A stretch of DNA of 64,000 bases. Origin: a plasmid. Below, piece after piece: positions 31,768 through 41,966 of the stretch. Where the stretch lies: sequence record NZ_CP069608.1; one strand, 5' to 3'. A model generated the notes under the pieces. That model was given only the letters and a program-made list of their open reading frames with translations. It was not told the origin of the DNA and did no database searches. The number at the start of each line of letters is the position of its first letter. The first letter of the stretch is position 1. A program made the position numbers and the translations under genes.

Positions 31768-33353
31768 TGTGGGTCACCCCCTAAAATACTTGTGTAAGCA
31801 GTAAGGGAGCGAGTTGTCACTATGATGTTGTCTTTACCTGAATGTTTTATAAAGGGAGGCTTAACCTTTTGGGTACATTCAGTTTGTAATGCATTTTGGT
31901 GGTTTGCGATATCTCGAAAGTCATTGGCGCTGTAAAGTTTATCTATGATGCATTTAGTCAAGGTGGCTTCAATCCACATTGGATATTTCTCAAGGGTGTT
32001 TTGAATGATTATGAGCTGATCACGCCGATACCTTGGGTATCTTAAACAAATTTCATTTAAATAAGAAGTTGCACGTTCCTGATCTTCAAAATGTGAAACC
32101 AGTTGTTGCTTAAATTCTTCAATACCTTTTGAGCGATCCCGGATATGATGTAGATGTTGAATAAGCTTTCCCTTTTCATTACTAATGCTATGTTCAGCAA
32201 TTACTTCTCCATCTAACTGTTTACGGATAATCAGCGTTGGCGGTTGGCTCGAAGTGACTTCAATAAAAACCTCATTATCAGAGGCTGCACTATACGTTCC
32301 GAGAGGAACGGAATAACGGTTTGATTTAAACCGTATTGTATTGTCCTTACTAATATTCCTTGTTATACTTTGGGTAATGACGCTTTCATATGAGAGTGGT
32401 GAAGAGACGGGCTGTAAGTGTTGCTTTTCGACGGGGAACACTTCAGCTGGTCTTTTTTTAGTTGTGTGATGAACATGTTGATTTCCAGTGCGATGTAGCC
32501 ACTGTAATGCACGGTTATTCCAATCTTCAATATTGCTAAATACTCGGCTATCTGCGAAATTTCCCTTTATGTACTTTACAACGTTCTCAATCATTCCTTT
32601 TGATTCTGGGTCTGCCTTACGACATAAATGAACTTTAAACTTACGCTCATTTACATAGCTTTGAAACTCAGAAGTTAAAAGTAGCTGACCTGAATTTTCA
32701 CTTACTGTAATTAAACGATCCTGATCATACACAATTTCTTCTGTACGTCCTCCGTAAAATTGAAATGCATTTTCATGACATCGAATGGCATCATTTGTTG
32801 TAAAAGGCCGGTCCTGCCACTCCATGTATTTGTATCGAGAGTGAGCTAAGACAAAAGCGATAAAATATAGTTTAATTTCATTCTTTTCAGTTGTCTTCTG
32901 TTTCGTTTCTCCCCAATCCACCTGGATTTGCTTACCCATAGGTTGTTCAGGGATTGCTTCATATTGCCGAATTATTACTTTTTTCTCAATCTGATAAATC
33001 TCCCGCATCTCTTTCACATAGGCTCTTACTGTACTCTCGCCAACAACTAAATCGGAATAACGCTCTAAGAGCCAATCGTGGATTTGTGCTGCACTGAGAT
33101 GAGGGTATTCTTCAAGCCAAGCGATAATCCAATCCCTGTAGGGATCCAACTTCTTACCTTTGCCTTGAAGCTGTTCCATGTATGCTTTTGTCTCTTCAAA
33201 CGTCATTTTTAAATATTTATAAACGGTTGGTCTTGATACTTTGAGCTCCTGTGCAATTTGAGATACTTTAAACTTCCGTTGATGTAATTGTTGAATATTT
33301 AAATAAAGCATTAGCTTCTCCTCCAAAACGCTGTCCCCCCAGTAAAATAACAC
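31764..33353 (-). CDS. istA: IS21-family IstA transposase (true start may be the internal Met at ~33311)
   Basis: HTH (VSRPTVYKYL) plus integrase core. Confidence 0.85.
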   Translation of the reverse strand: MLFYWGDSVLEEKLMLYLNIQQLHQRKFKVSQIAQELKVSRPTVYKYLKMTFEETKAYMEQLQGKGKKLDPYRDWIIAWLEEYPHLSAAQIHDWLLERYSDLVVGESTVRAYVKEMREIYQIEKKVIIRQYEAIPEQPMGKQIQVDWGETKQKTTEKNEIKLYFIAFVLAHSRYKYMEWQDRPFTTNDAIRCHENAFQFYGGRTEEIVYDQDRLITVSENSGQLLLTSEFQSYVNERKFKVHLCRKADPESKGMIENVVKYIKGNFADSRVFSNIEDWNNRALQWLHRTGNQHVHHTTKKRPAEVFPVEKQHLQPVSSPLSYESVITQSITRNISKDNTIRFKSNRYSVPLGTYSAASDNEVFIEVTSSQPPTLIIRKQLDGEVIAEHSISNEKGKLIQHLHHIRDRSKGIEEFKQQLVSHFEDQERATSYLNEICLRYPRYRRDQLIIIQNTLEKYPMWIEATLTKCIIDKLYSANDFRDIANHQNALQTECTQKVKPPFIKHSGKDNIIVTTRSLTAYTSILGGDPQ

Positions 33354-33439
33354 CTTCTATTATTTTACTAGAGTTCTAGCTTATTGAAGCAAAAGTGTAA
33401 AATTACGTTGAGCAAAAACTGTCAATTATATTCTAGCGT

Positions 33440-33703
33440 TTACACAGTTACGATAGGTAGCGCAATGCCTAGACCTAAAAGTATAGAAACAATATTAACC
33501 CACCATTTATTTTTTGATAAAATAAGCCATATTCCAGCCGGTATAACAAACACATATTTTGAAATAGTTTGGTTTACATTCATAATTTCAGGCAAAAAAA
33601 CAATTGACAAGTAATAACCAACAGCTAATATTAAAGAATTTCTAAGTATAGTTAAAAACACGCTAACACTCCATTTACTAAACATTATTAAATACTTATA
33701 CAT
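33440..33703 (-). CDS. Small hypothetical membrane protein
   Basis: Three hydrophobic segments. Abuts the IS21 #3 end. Confidence 0.25.
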   Translation of the reverse strand: MYKYLIMFSKWSVSVFLTILRNSLILAVGYYLSIVFLPEIMNVNQTISKYVFVIPAGIWLILSKNKWWVNIVSILLGLGIALPIVTV

Positions 33704-34138
33704 AAAATGAAAGCAATCACCCTTTAAGGGGAAAGTTTTTTATTTTTTATGATAAACATAGTATACATTATACATCTTTAAATAAGCATAATTCATCCCA
33801 TTTAACTTCTATACATAAGGCAATAAATTGACGATAATTTGAAGATCATCTATTTTTTATTTAAATATGGTATATTTAAAGATGAGTTTAGTTGTAAAAT
33901 TCCATAAGATTCCTAAAAATAAAAAGCTACTTAACCCTAGACTAAATTACTTTTATAGTAATAAAAAAAGGGGAGTTTTCCCTTATAGGAAAGTCACCCT
34001 TGAAGATTCTGGTGCAAAAATTTCAAGGTAATTGCAATTAATCTTCGAATCTTGGACATGCTGATACTATTATTTTAAAAAAGGGGCATGATCAGTATGG
34101 AAAACCAAAGTTTGTTCAAAATGTAGAGAGGTGAAAGT

Positions 34139-36211
34139 ATGAGATTCTTCTTAAGGAAAAGCCACCAAATTTTAAACACGCATTTAGGGCTTTTCCTATT
34201 TATTGCGGTTCTTTTTTGGTTAAAGACCTATACGGCTTATCGATTGGAGTTTGACCTTGGTGTTAATAATTCAATACAAGAATTTCTTTTATTTATTAAC
34301 CCGATTAGCTCAGCTTTATTCTTTTTAGCTTTTGCTTTCTTTTTTAAAGGGAAAGCACAGTACCGAGCCTTAATTATCATTAACTTTGTTTTGACATTTC
34401 TTTTATTTGCAAATGTTGTGTTCTACCGTTTCTTCAATGACTTCATCACACTGCCGGTACTCACACAAACTCAGAACTTTGGACAACTCGGTGGCAGTGC
34501 AAAAGCTTTAATGCAACCAACCGATATTTTGTACTTTACAGATACAATCATTTTAATCGCACTTGTATTATTTAAAATTGTGACACCGCATTCTGAGAAA
34601 CTTAGTTGGCGTGGTATGGTGGCTGTTTTCACAGCAGCGATTATATTTTTTGCAGGAAACTTAGCTCTTGCTGAATCAGATCGTCCACAGCTTTTAACAC
34701 GCGCTTTTGATCGTAACTATCTTGTTAAATATTTAGGTGCCTACAATTACACAATTTATGACGCCATTCAGAGTACAAAGTCTTCAGCACAAAGAGCATT
34801 AGCTGATAGCAACGATATTACGGAAATAGAAAATTTCACAAAGGCATCTTATGCAGAGCCAAATGATAAATATTTTGGTGTTGCAAAAGGGAAAAATGTT
34901 ATTTATGTTTCCGTTGAATCGTTTCAAAACTTTTTAATTGATTATAAACTGAACGGCCAGGAAGTGACGCCGTTTTTAAATAGCTTAGCCAAAGATGATA
35001 ACACTTTATACTTTAATAATATTTTTCATCAGACAGGACAAGGAAAAACGTCTGATTCAGAATTTTTAGTAGAAAATGGATTGTATCCATTACCACAAGG
35101 ATCTGTATTCTCTACAAAAGCTGAGAACACATACCAAGCTGCTCCACAAATTTTGAAAGAAAATGGTTATAAGGATTCAGCTGTTTTCCACGGTAACAAT
35201 AAAACATTCTGGAATCGTGAAGAAAATTATAAAGCATTTGGGTATGATCATTTCTTTGATGAAAGTTACTATAATATGGTAGATGAGAACGTGATTAACT
35301 ACGGTTTAGAAGATAAACCATTCTTTAAAGAATCGATACCATATTTGAAAAGCTTAAAGCAGCCGTTCTATTCAAAATTCATTACGTTGTCAAATCATTT
35401 CCCTTATCCGCTTAATGAGGAGGAACAGACCATTGCACCAGCTGAAACAGGTGACACAACTGTTGACCAATATTTCCAAACAGCGCGTTATACAGATGAA
35501 GCACTTGAACAATTCTTCAATGATTTAAAGAAAGAAGGACTTTATGACAATTCCATTATCGTGATATATGGTGACCATTATGGTAATTCTGAAAACCGCA
35601 AAAAAGCAATGAGTAAAATTATGGGTAAAGAAATTACAGATTTTGAGCAAGCACAATTACAACGTGTTCCATTATTTATCCATGCACCAGGTCTGGAAGG
35701 TGGCGTTAAGGAGACGTATGGGGGACAAGTTGACATTCGTTCAACGCTTATGCATTTACTTGGTATCGATACAAAAAAACAAGTCCAATTGGGTACAGAT
35801 CTTTTATCAAAAGAGCATAAAGAACTTGTGCCATTCCGCGATGGAAGCTTTGTAACACCTGAATTTACTCAAGTGGATGGAAAAGTCTATAGCAATGAAG
35901 CAGGGGAAAGAATTGAAAGTACAGAGGCTGTTAAGAAAGCAGAGGAAGTAGCTCAGAAAAAGCTTTCTTTATCTGATAAGCTTGTTTACGGTGACTTGCT
36001 TCGTTTTTACGACTTAGAAGGGTTTGAGCAACCGAAGCGTTCAGAATTCAACTATGTAGATGATGAAAAGTTAGCGAGGGAACCTGGCTTTTTAGAAGAA
36101 GAAATAAGAATTCTAGAACAAGAAAAGCAAGAAAAAGCGCAAGAGTATGAGCAAAAAGGCTATAATTTAGAACAAAGTGAAGAACAGGTATCAACTCAAC
36201 CACAGCCATAA
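34139..36211 (+). CDS. ltaS: Lipoteichoic acid synthase family protein (LtaS/YflE-like)
   Basis: Five N-terminal TMs plus an extracellular sulfatase-like domain. N-terminus is nearly colinear with B. subtilis LtaS (HLGLFL…WLKTYTAY…). Acidic C-terminal tail. Confidence 0.9.
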   Translation: MRFFLRKSHQILNTHLGLFLFIAVLFWLKTYTAYRLEFDLGVNNSIQEFLLFINPISSALFFLAFAFFFKGKAQYRALIIINFVLTFLLFANVVFYRFFNDFITLPVLTQTQNFGQLGGSAKALMQPTDILYFTDTIILIALVLFKIVTPHSEKLSWRGMVAVFTAAIIFFAGNLALAESDRPQLLTRAFDRNYLVKYLGAYNYTIYDAIQSTKSSAQRALADSNDITEIENFTKASYAEPNDKYFGVAKGKNVIYVSVESFQNFLIDYKLNGQEVTPFLNSLAKDDNTLYFNNIFHQTGQGKTSDSEFLVENGLYPLPQGSVFSTKAENTYQAAPQILKENGYKDSAVFHGNNKTFWNREENYKAFGYDHFFDESYYNMVDENVINYGLEDKPFFKESIPYLKSLKQPFYSKFITLSNHFPYPLNEEEQTIAPAETGDTTVDQYFQTARYTDEALEQFFNDLKKEGLYDNSIIVIYGDHYGNSENRKKAMSKIMGKEITDFEQAQLQRVPLFIHAPGLEGGVKETYGGQVDIRSTLMHLLGIDTKKQVQLGTDLLSKEHKELVPFRDGSFVTPEFTQVDGKVYSNEAGERIESTEAVKKAEEVAQKKLSLSDKLVYGDLLRFYDLEGFEQPKRSEFNYVDDEKLAREPGFLEEEIRILEQEKQEKAQEYEQKGYNLEQSEEQVSTQPQP

Positions 36212-36212
36212 A

Positions 36213-36246
36213 AAGATGTGAGGGCACCCCCCTCACATCTTTTTCT
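36213..36246 (+). terminator. Rho-independent terminator after ltaS
   Basis: GATGTGAGGG…CCCTCACATC followed by TTTTTC. Confidence 0.7.
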
Positions 36247-36392
36247 ATCCTCCATTCAATTAGAGAGAAATAATTAACTAATAAATAAAAAACCCCCAGG
36301 TTACACAAAGAATTTGAGAGTTTTTTTGCTACTGAACAACATTATGTTAAATGATCTTTAATCTAACTGTTAATTAACGGTATTGACATCTT

Positions 36393-36741
36393 TATTCTAT
36401 AAACCGAGCGCTTTTTTCGTTGCAGGACCAACTATACCATCTATTACTAAACCGAGCGCTTTTTGAAATTGGCGAACTGCCTTTTCTGTGTTTGAATCAA
36501 AAACGCCGTCTATTCCTTTTGTATTGTAACCAAGAGCTGTTAATTTACGTTGAAGTTCTTGAACAGCACTACCGTGACTACCTTTCTTTAGAACAGTTCC
36601 AGTAGAAGGAGCCGGTGCTGATCCATTTCCATTACTTCCTGAGACTTTAAAACCATTGGCTGCCGCAATTGAGTTAAAGGATTTCTGATGGTTTAAAGGG
36701 TTATCAGTAAGATAAATGCTGCGATTCGCGTTGTAGCGAAA
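36393..36741 (-). pseudogene. 3' remnant of a cell-wall hydrolase/PG-binding protein gene (C-terminal PG_binding_1 domain, no start codon)
   Basis: Minus-strand open frame …SGSNGNGSAPAPSTGTVLKKGSHGSAVQELQRKLTALGYNTKGIDGVFDSNTEKAVRQFQKALGLVIDGIVGPATKKALGL* contains a complete peptidoglycan-binding repeat. An in-frame stop lies upstream and there is no initiator codon. Confidence 0.5.
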
Positions 36742-36848
36742 TGAACTCTGTTCAAGCTAGATAATGAGTCATTCGCTGCAAAATCCCTTACTATAATGTA
36801 TATCAAGTTATAGAACTGGAAAGATTAATAACTGACTCGACCTTTGTT

Positions 36849-36889
36849 AAATAAGCATGTATCTTACTATTTAAGATACATGCTTATTT
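36849..36889. repeat. Perfect 18-bp inverted repeat AAATAAGCATGTATCTTA/TAAGATACATGCTTATTT
   Basis: Seen directly. Terminator-like hairpin in a 0.9-kb AT-rich noncoding stretch. Confidence 0.55.
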
Positions 36890-37670
36890 TATGACGAGTT
36901 TCTTCTATCTTATTATGTACGGCTTAATTTTTAGTAGATAAGATAAATATGAATAATTTAACCTTTTTAACCAACTGGTTCAAATTAATTCGGAAAATTA
37001 TTTTTATTAAAAAGTGATTAAGGTAAAGAATAAAAGATAAATTTCTATTTGTGTAACTTAAGATACACCTTTTATACTAGTAAACGTCAGAGTGAAAACA
37101 GTGAATGTTGCATAAATAGAAAATACCTGTCTGTGCAAAGGAGGTATAACATTAATTTTATATATTAAGTAATGACAAAATTAATGTTATACATATAAGT
37201 AATACCCAACATATTTTATTAAAAGTTATTTTATCTATTACCTATATTGTAGAAAAATTGCCTATTTGTCGTCATTAAGAGTAAATATTGAAACTATTAT
37301 TTTTATAAGTGACTTTATTCATTTACTCCTATATATAAAATACATTTATTTTTTATTTTTAATAAAAATTACATTATTAAAAATACATCAACATTAAATA
37401 TTTGTGAATTTTATATTTGGTTGTTACGAATACACTAATGTCTTAAAAGGTAAATATAAGATAGATTGATATATTAAAAGAAGTGAAATAACCAATTTGT
37501 CATCACTAAGTTTAAATAGTTAAACTAATTATTTTTATGAACTACTTTACGATTTACTTAACAAAACAGACATTCTAGGAATAATTCTCTCCAAATTCTG
37601 CATGCGTTTGAATTACAAAATAGCAATGATAAAATATGAGTGTATAAGAGTATCTAGGAGTGATTAAAGT

Positions 37671-37907
37671 TTGCCTAAATTCATATGTGAAGTATGTCAT
37701 CTAGAGTTCAAAAGCTATAACAAAAATGCAAAATATTGCTCTCAATTATGTAAGGGAAAAGCTTATATTAAACATCCCGTTAAAAATTGTGTGATTTGTG
37801 GAAAAGAGTATAAACCCGTAAGAGCAACAAGTAAATTTTGTTCTCTCAAATGTTGTGCTGTAGAAAAGAAAAATAACAGCAAATCTAATACGACTTTAAT
37901 TAAGTAA
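37671..37907 (+). CDS. Small Cys-rich zinc-ribbon-like protein (78 aa)
   Basis: TTG start after AGGAG. Four CxxC/Cx3C pairs (CEVC…CSQLC…CVIC…CSLKC) form two zinc-ribbon motifs. Isolated inside an AT-rich island. Confidence 0.45.
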   Translation: MPKFICEVCHLEFKSYNKNAKYCSQLCKGKAYIKHPVKNCVICGKEYKPVRATSKFCSLKCCAVEKKNNSKSNTTLIK

Positions 37908-37965
37908 AATCGTAATAAAAAGCCTGTATGTTTTATTATTCGAGAGCAATCTTATATTTGTCTAT

Positions 37966-38000
37966 AAAGAAAGAGCAAACCTTAAGGTTTGCTCTTTTTC
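37966..38000. terminator. Bidirectional terminator between the zinc-ribbon gene and the efeU-like gene
   Basis: AGAGCAAACCTTAAGGTTTGCTCTTTTTC. Confidence 0.65.
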
Positions 38001-38015
38001 TATATTTATTAACTA

Positions 38016-38990
38016 TTAGGCTGTTTGAGCCATTTTCTTCTTCATTGCCTTTCTCTTCGTTACATAACGAGCAGCAAAATAAGAGCCTACTACATAAATA
38101 ACAGCTAAAGCTTGGAAAGATAATGTCTCTACAGTAGGGAATATGCAGAACCAAACGCCTGCCCAATCAGGAAAATGAACATTAATTGTAGTTGTGCTCA
38201 TCCATCCTGCAAATTGCATCTCTTGTACTGTTTCTCCTACCATTACAGCTAGAACTACTACTAAAAGAGCACCTGTAAATACCAACATTTTTTTATGAGG
38301 TAAGCGACGTTGAGCTAAGAACGTAAGAACACCCACTACTAAAGTTAACGCTAACCCAATCAATGTTCCTTGTAGAACGATATCAGAACCTACTTTTAAT
38401 CGTAAATTTTGAAGGAAAAGAACAACTTCAAAACCTTCTCGATATACGGATGTAAGACCAAGTAGGAAAAGAGACCAGAATGCACTTTTTTCAACAGCTT
38501 CACTTTCTGTTTTCTTTCCTGTTAACTGTTGTTTTTTACGATTATGAAGTTGAATCCAACCAGTCCAATAGATCTTATGAAAGAACCAGTTCATGATAAT
38601 TAGTAAAACAACTACAGCTAGAATTCCTGTGAAAGCTTGAATATCAAGCTCAGATGCACTAACAGAAGAAATAATGCCTACAACAATAAACCATGTAGCA
38701 AGTGTAGCTATAAAGGAAACTCCTGCTCCTGCAGAAATTGGTTTCCAATAATTATCTTGTTTTTTACGTACTAAACCAGAGATGATCGCTGATAATACCA
38801 AAATAGCCTCTAGCCCCTCACGAAAAACAAGGATAGCTGTATTTAATATAGCAGCACCTGGTGTTAAATCTTTTGCAGTAGGATCAGGATTTCCCTGATA
38901 GTTAACTCCCTGCCAAACTACAACACCAATTAATATTAGTAATGAAATAGCAATAAGAACGGTTTTAAGATTAAAAATTTTCTTTACCAA
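38016..38990 (-). CDS. efeU: FTR1/EfeU-family ferrous-iron permease
   Basis: Two REGxE motifs (REGLEAIL, REGFEVVL) in TM1 and TM4, the signature of FTR1/EfeU. Start moved to the internal TTG that follows a GGAGGAAAA RBS. The track's upstream TTG has no RBS. Confidence 0.75.
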   Translation of the reverse strand: MVKKIFNLKTVLIAISLLILIGVVVWQGVNYQGNPDPTAKDLTPGAAILNTAILVFREGLEAILVLSAIISGLVRKKQDNYWKPISAGAGVSFIATLATWFIVVGIISSVSASELDIQAFTGILAVVVLLIIMNWFFHKIYWTGWIQLHNRKKQQLTGKKTESEAVEKSAFWSLFLLGLTSVYREGFEVVLFLQNLRLKVGSDIVLQGTLIGLALTLVVGVLTFLAQRRLPHKKMLVFTGALLVVVLAVMVGETVQEMQFAGWMSTTTINVHFPDWAGVWFCIFPTVETLSFQALAVIYVVGSYFAARYVTKRKAMKKKMAQTA

Positions 38991-39017
38991 TGTGTTTTCC
39001 TCCAAAGTATGTATGTT

Positions 39018-39043
39018 GAAAATGATAATCCTTATCAATAATA
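39018..39043. promoter_or_regulatory. Putative Fur box in the efeU-like promoter
   Basis: TGAAAATGATAATCCTTATCAATAAT matches the Bacillus Fur consensus TGATAATGATAATCATTATCA at about 16 of 19 core positions. Coordinates ±1. Confidence 0.45.
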
Positions 39044-39510
39044 TCTGAATAAAGTGTATCCCTGTAGCTATCTTATGTCAAGATAATTTACGATTTACCT
39101 GATTTTTCTTACTAATTCCATTTATAACAAACCAGTCAGTAATAATGGTAGCAAAAAAAAATAACACATTTTGATAAATGTCTTATTTTTATCTTGCTCA
39201 TTCAAGTAAATATTTGAATAAAAAATAGAATGGAGTATATTATACTCAAGTAGATATTAGAATGATAAGGAGGGATTTTTGTACTAAACAAACACCATCT
39301 TTATCTAAACTACCTTATTCAACTAGAATTCTAGCAAACTCTCGACATAGACTTTTTCGATTGTCCCAATTCATTAAACAGTCTTCCTTTCTATAAATAC
39401 TCAGGAAAAAATAAATTTTCTTACCATAATAAAATGTGCTTCATCTATTATTTAGAAAGGAACAAGCATACAAGAAAACAGCACATTTTACAAATAGAAA
39501 AAGAAGGTTT

Positions 39511-39528
39511 ATTTGCTCGCGAGCAAAT
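39511..39528. repeat. Perfect 18-bp palindrome ATTTGCTCGCGAGCAAAT
   Basis: Seen directly. GC-rich centre in an AT-rich 1.4-kb intergenic region between efeU-like and mntH. Confidence 0.6.
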
Positions 39529-40462
39529 GGATACAATCTGTGGTTATAATGTTCAAGATAAAGTTTGAGTGACAGATTCAGACGGCAATCGGTGGGTATT
39601 CTTATAGTGATGCGCACAAAATTGGGTCTGATATAGGAGCCACTGAAAAAGCTCATAACACTAAATCTTGTTTTTAAAAACGCTCTACCAACTCATTATA
39701 TACTATCCGATATAGCAAATAGATATTTTGAAGATTGTCTATTTTTTATTTGGATAATACTGAAATTAATTTTATGAAAAACAAAAAAAGAGCTGATAGT
39801 GACCCTCTATATTTAGCTAGTTTAGCTCAGTTCATACTGTAAACAGCTTAATTATAAAGGAGATAAAATAAACTCCTAGTTATTCAATTTTTCTAAAAAA
39901 AGAATCTAATTATAATATTTGACTTTTTTTGTTTACTTGCAAGCATGAATAACCCCTAATACTTTGGGAAATTAAAAAAGATGCATTGAGGCATGTATCA
40001 ACTCTTATATTCTCTCATACTGTAATCGAAGAAAAAACACCTTTACTACGAGTAGGTCTTTTCTGTTTGCTGCTGTATATCATATTTATTCTTATTTTGC
40101 ATAAGGAACCTTTACATAACCCATGCAAAAAAGAACTCTTCAGGATCAAGGATTATAATGAGGTTATTTTTTCTCGATTATACAGATGAACGCATTGAAT
40201 ACACATTTAACCAAAATATGCAATAATAACTTCCTGGTGCGATTTAGTGATTATTTTTGATTGAGTACATCACATTTCAATGGCACATTCTTCAAAATGT
40301 TTGAATAAAATAAGTATTGCATAGAATGTGGTTTAGAGAATATAATTTGCGTGTGGGCAAAATTATTTGAACTGTGCATTTTTTTGCATTTAAATTTGGT
40401 TTAAGGAAACATATGTGTACATGGTAAAAATAAAGGATTTTAATATTTAGGAGGATATATTT

Positions 40463-41746
40463 ATGAGTAAGGATGGCGTTGTAAAAGAACAGTCCTCAAC
40501 CATTCAATCTGCACAGGCTGCTCTAAGAGGTAAAACTTATGGAATTAAAAGATTATTACCTTTTCTAGGTCCTGCATTTATTGCAGCCATTGCTTACATT
40601 GATCCAGGAAACTTTGCAACAAATATCGCTGGAGGTTCAAAATATGGATACCTACTCCTATGGGTAGTACTTTTTTCTAATTTAATGGCTATTTTAATTC
40701 AATCCATGTCAGCAAAATTAGGAATTGCAACGGGTAAAAACCTGCCTGAAGTTGCTCGTGAGCAATTTCCTAAACCAGTTTCAACTGGTCTATGGATTCA
40801 AGCTGAGCTGGTCGTCATGGCTACAGATCTCGCAGAGTTTATTGGTGCGTCTTTAGGGTTATACTTACTCTTCGATATTCCTTTACTTCCTGCTGCATTA
40901 ATTGCTGCGGTAGGCTCTTTTGCGATCCTTGAACTCCAACGCCGAGGGTTCCGTTCTCTTGAAGCAGGGATTGCGGGTCTACTTTTCATTGTTGTGCTAG
41001 CATTCATTACCCAAGTCTTTTTTGCCAAACCAGAAATTAGTCCGATATTAAACGGTTTTTTTGTGCCTCAATTTAAGGGGGTAGATAGTATTTTACTTGC
41101 AGCAGGTATTCTTGGTGCAACAGTAATGCCACATGCAATTTACCTTCATTCTGCACTAACGCAACGTAGAATAGTGGGAAAGACGGAGGAAGATCGACGG
41201 AAAATCTTTCGCTTTGAATTTATCGATATCTTAATTGCCATGTTCATTGCAGGAGCCATTAATGCTAGTATGTTGATTGTATCTGCTGCATTGTTCTTTA
41301 AAAATGGCTTAAATGTTCAAGACTTAGATGTTGCTTTCGAGCAGTTCGATCATTTAGTTGGTCCTGCTTCAGCCATTCTCTTCGGGATTAGTCTCCTTGC
41401 TTCTGGTTTATCCAGTTCATCGGTAGGTACAATGTCTGGTGATATTATTATGCAAGGATTTATTAATAGACGAATCCCTCTATATCTTAGAAGATTTATT
41501 ACGATGATGCCACCACTTGCTATCATTGCTCTAGGCGTCAATCCAACCCATGCACTAGTCATGAGTCAGGTTGTACTGTCATTTGGGATTGCATTCGCAT
41601 TAATTCCTTTGATTATGTTTACCAGCAATCGTCGTTTGATGGGCAGTTTGGTTAACCGTCGTATTACAACCATTTTTGCATGGGGTGTAGCAGCGTTAAT
41701 TATTGTATTGAATGTGTTCCTTCTGTTTCAAACGTTCTTCGGTTGA
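40463..41746 (+). CDS. mntH: NRAMP-family Mn2+/Fe2+ transporter MntH
   Basis: DPGN signature (YIDPGNFATNIAGGS). Eleven TMs. 427 aa. Confidence 0.9.
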   Translation: MSKDGVVKEQSSTIQSAQAALRGKTYGIKRLLPFLGPAFIAAIAYIDPGNFATNIAGGSKYGYLLLWVVLFSNLMAILIQSMSAKLGIATGKNLPEVAREQFPKPVSTGLWIQAELVVMATDLAEFIGASLGLYLLFDIPLLPAALIAAVGSFAILELQRRGFRSLEAGIAGLLFIVVLAFITQVFFAKPEISPILNGFFVPQFKGVDSILLAAGILGATVMPHAIYLHSALTQRRIVGKTEEDRRKIFRFEFIDILIAMFIAGAINASMLIVSAALFFKNGLNVQDLDVAFEQFDHLVGPASAILFGISLLASGLSSSSVGTMSGDIIMQGFINRRIPLYLRRFITMMPPLAIIALGVNPTHALVMSQVVLSFGIAFALIPLIMFTSNRRLMGSLVNRRITTIFAWGVAALIIVLNVFLLFQTFFG

Positions 41747-41847
41747 TACAATTGAAGAAAATTACAATAAATATAATGAAAAAACGATTCCCTAAATATA
41801 TTAATGAAAGAATAGTTCACATAGCAGAAACTTACTAACCCAAACAA

Positions 41848-41882
41848 AAAACAAGTCCTTGGAGACAAGGACTTGTTTACTT
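41848..41882 (+). terminator. Rho-independent terminator after mntH
   Basis: ACAAGTCCTTGGAGACAAGGACTTGTTTACTTT. Confidence 0.65.
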
Positions 41883-41966
41883 TACAATCTTTATAAGAAT
41901 AAATAGCTTAGGATCAAGGATAAAGAATGCAAGCCCTAGGTAATAATTGATACCTAGGGCTTTATT

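Larger units (their letters stand above)
30957..33425 (-). mobile_element. IS21-family insertion sequence #3 (istA-istB); boundaries approximate
   Basis: Terminal repeats share CAGTTT…AATTTTACACTTTTTGCTT between the left end and the reverse complement of the right end. Target-site duplication not resolved. Confidence 0.8.

Noticed and set aside
36420-36605. 61-aa + ORF
   Set aside because: The opposite strand encodes a recognisable peptidoglycan-binding domain, so that reading frame is the real, though truncated, one.
39441-39656. 71-aa minus ORF in the efeU-mntH spacer
   Set aside because: No RBS. It overlaps the 18-bp palindrome and is AT-rich low-complexity. More likely noncoding.
40388-40425. 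MntR operator upstream of mntH (AAATTTGGTTTAAGGAAACAT)
   Set aside because: I cannot recall the MntR consensus precisely enough to call it, and the palindromic symmetry is poor.
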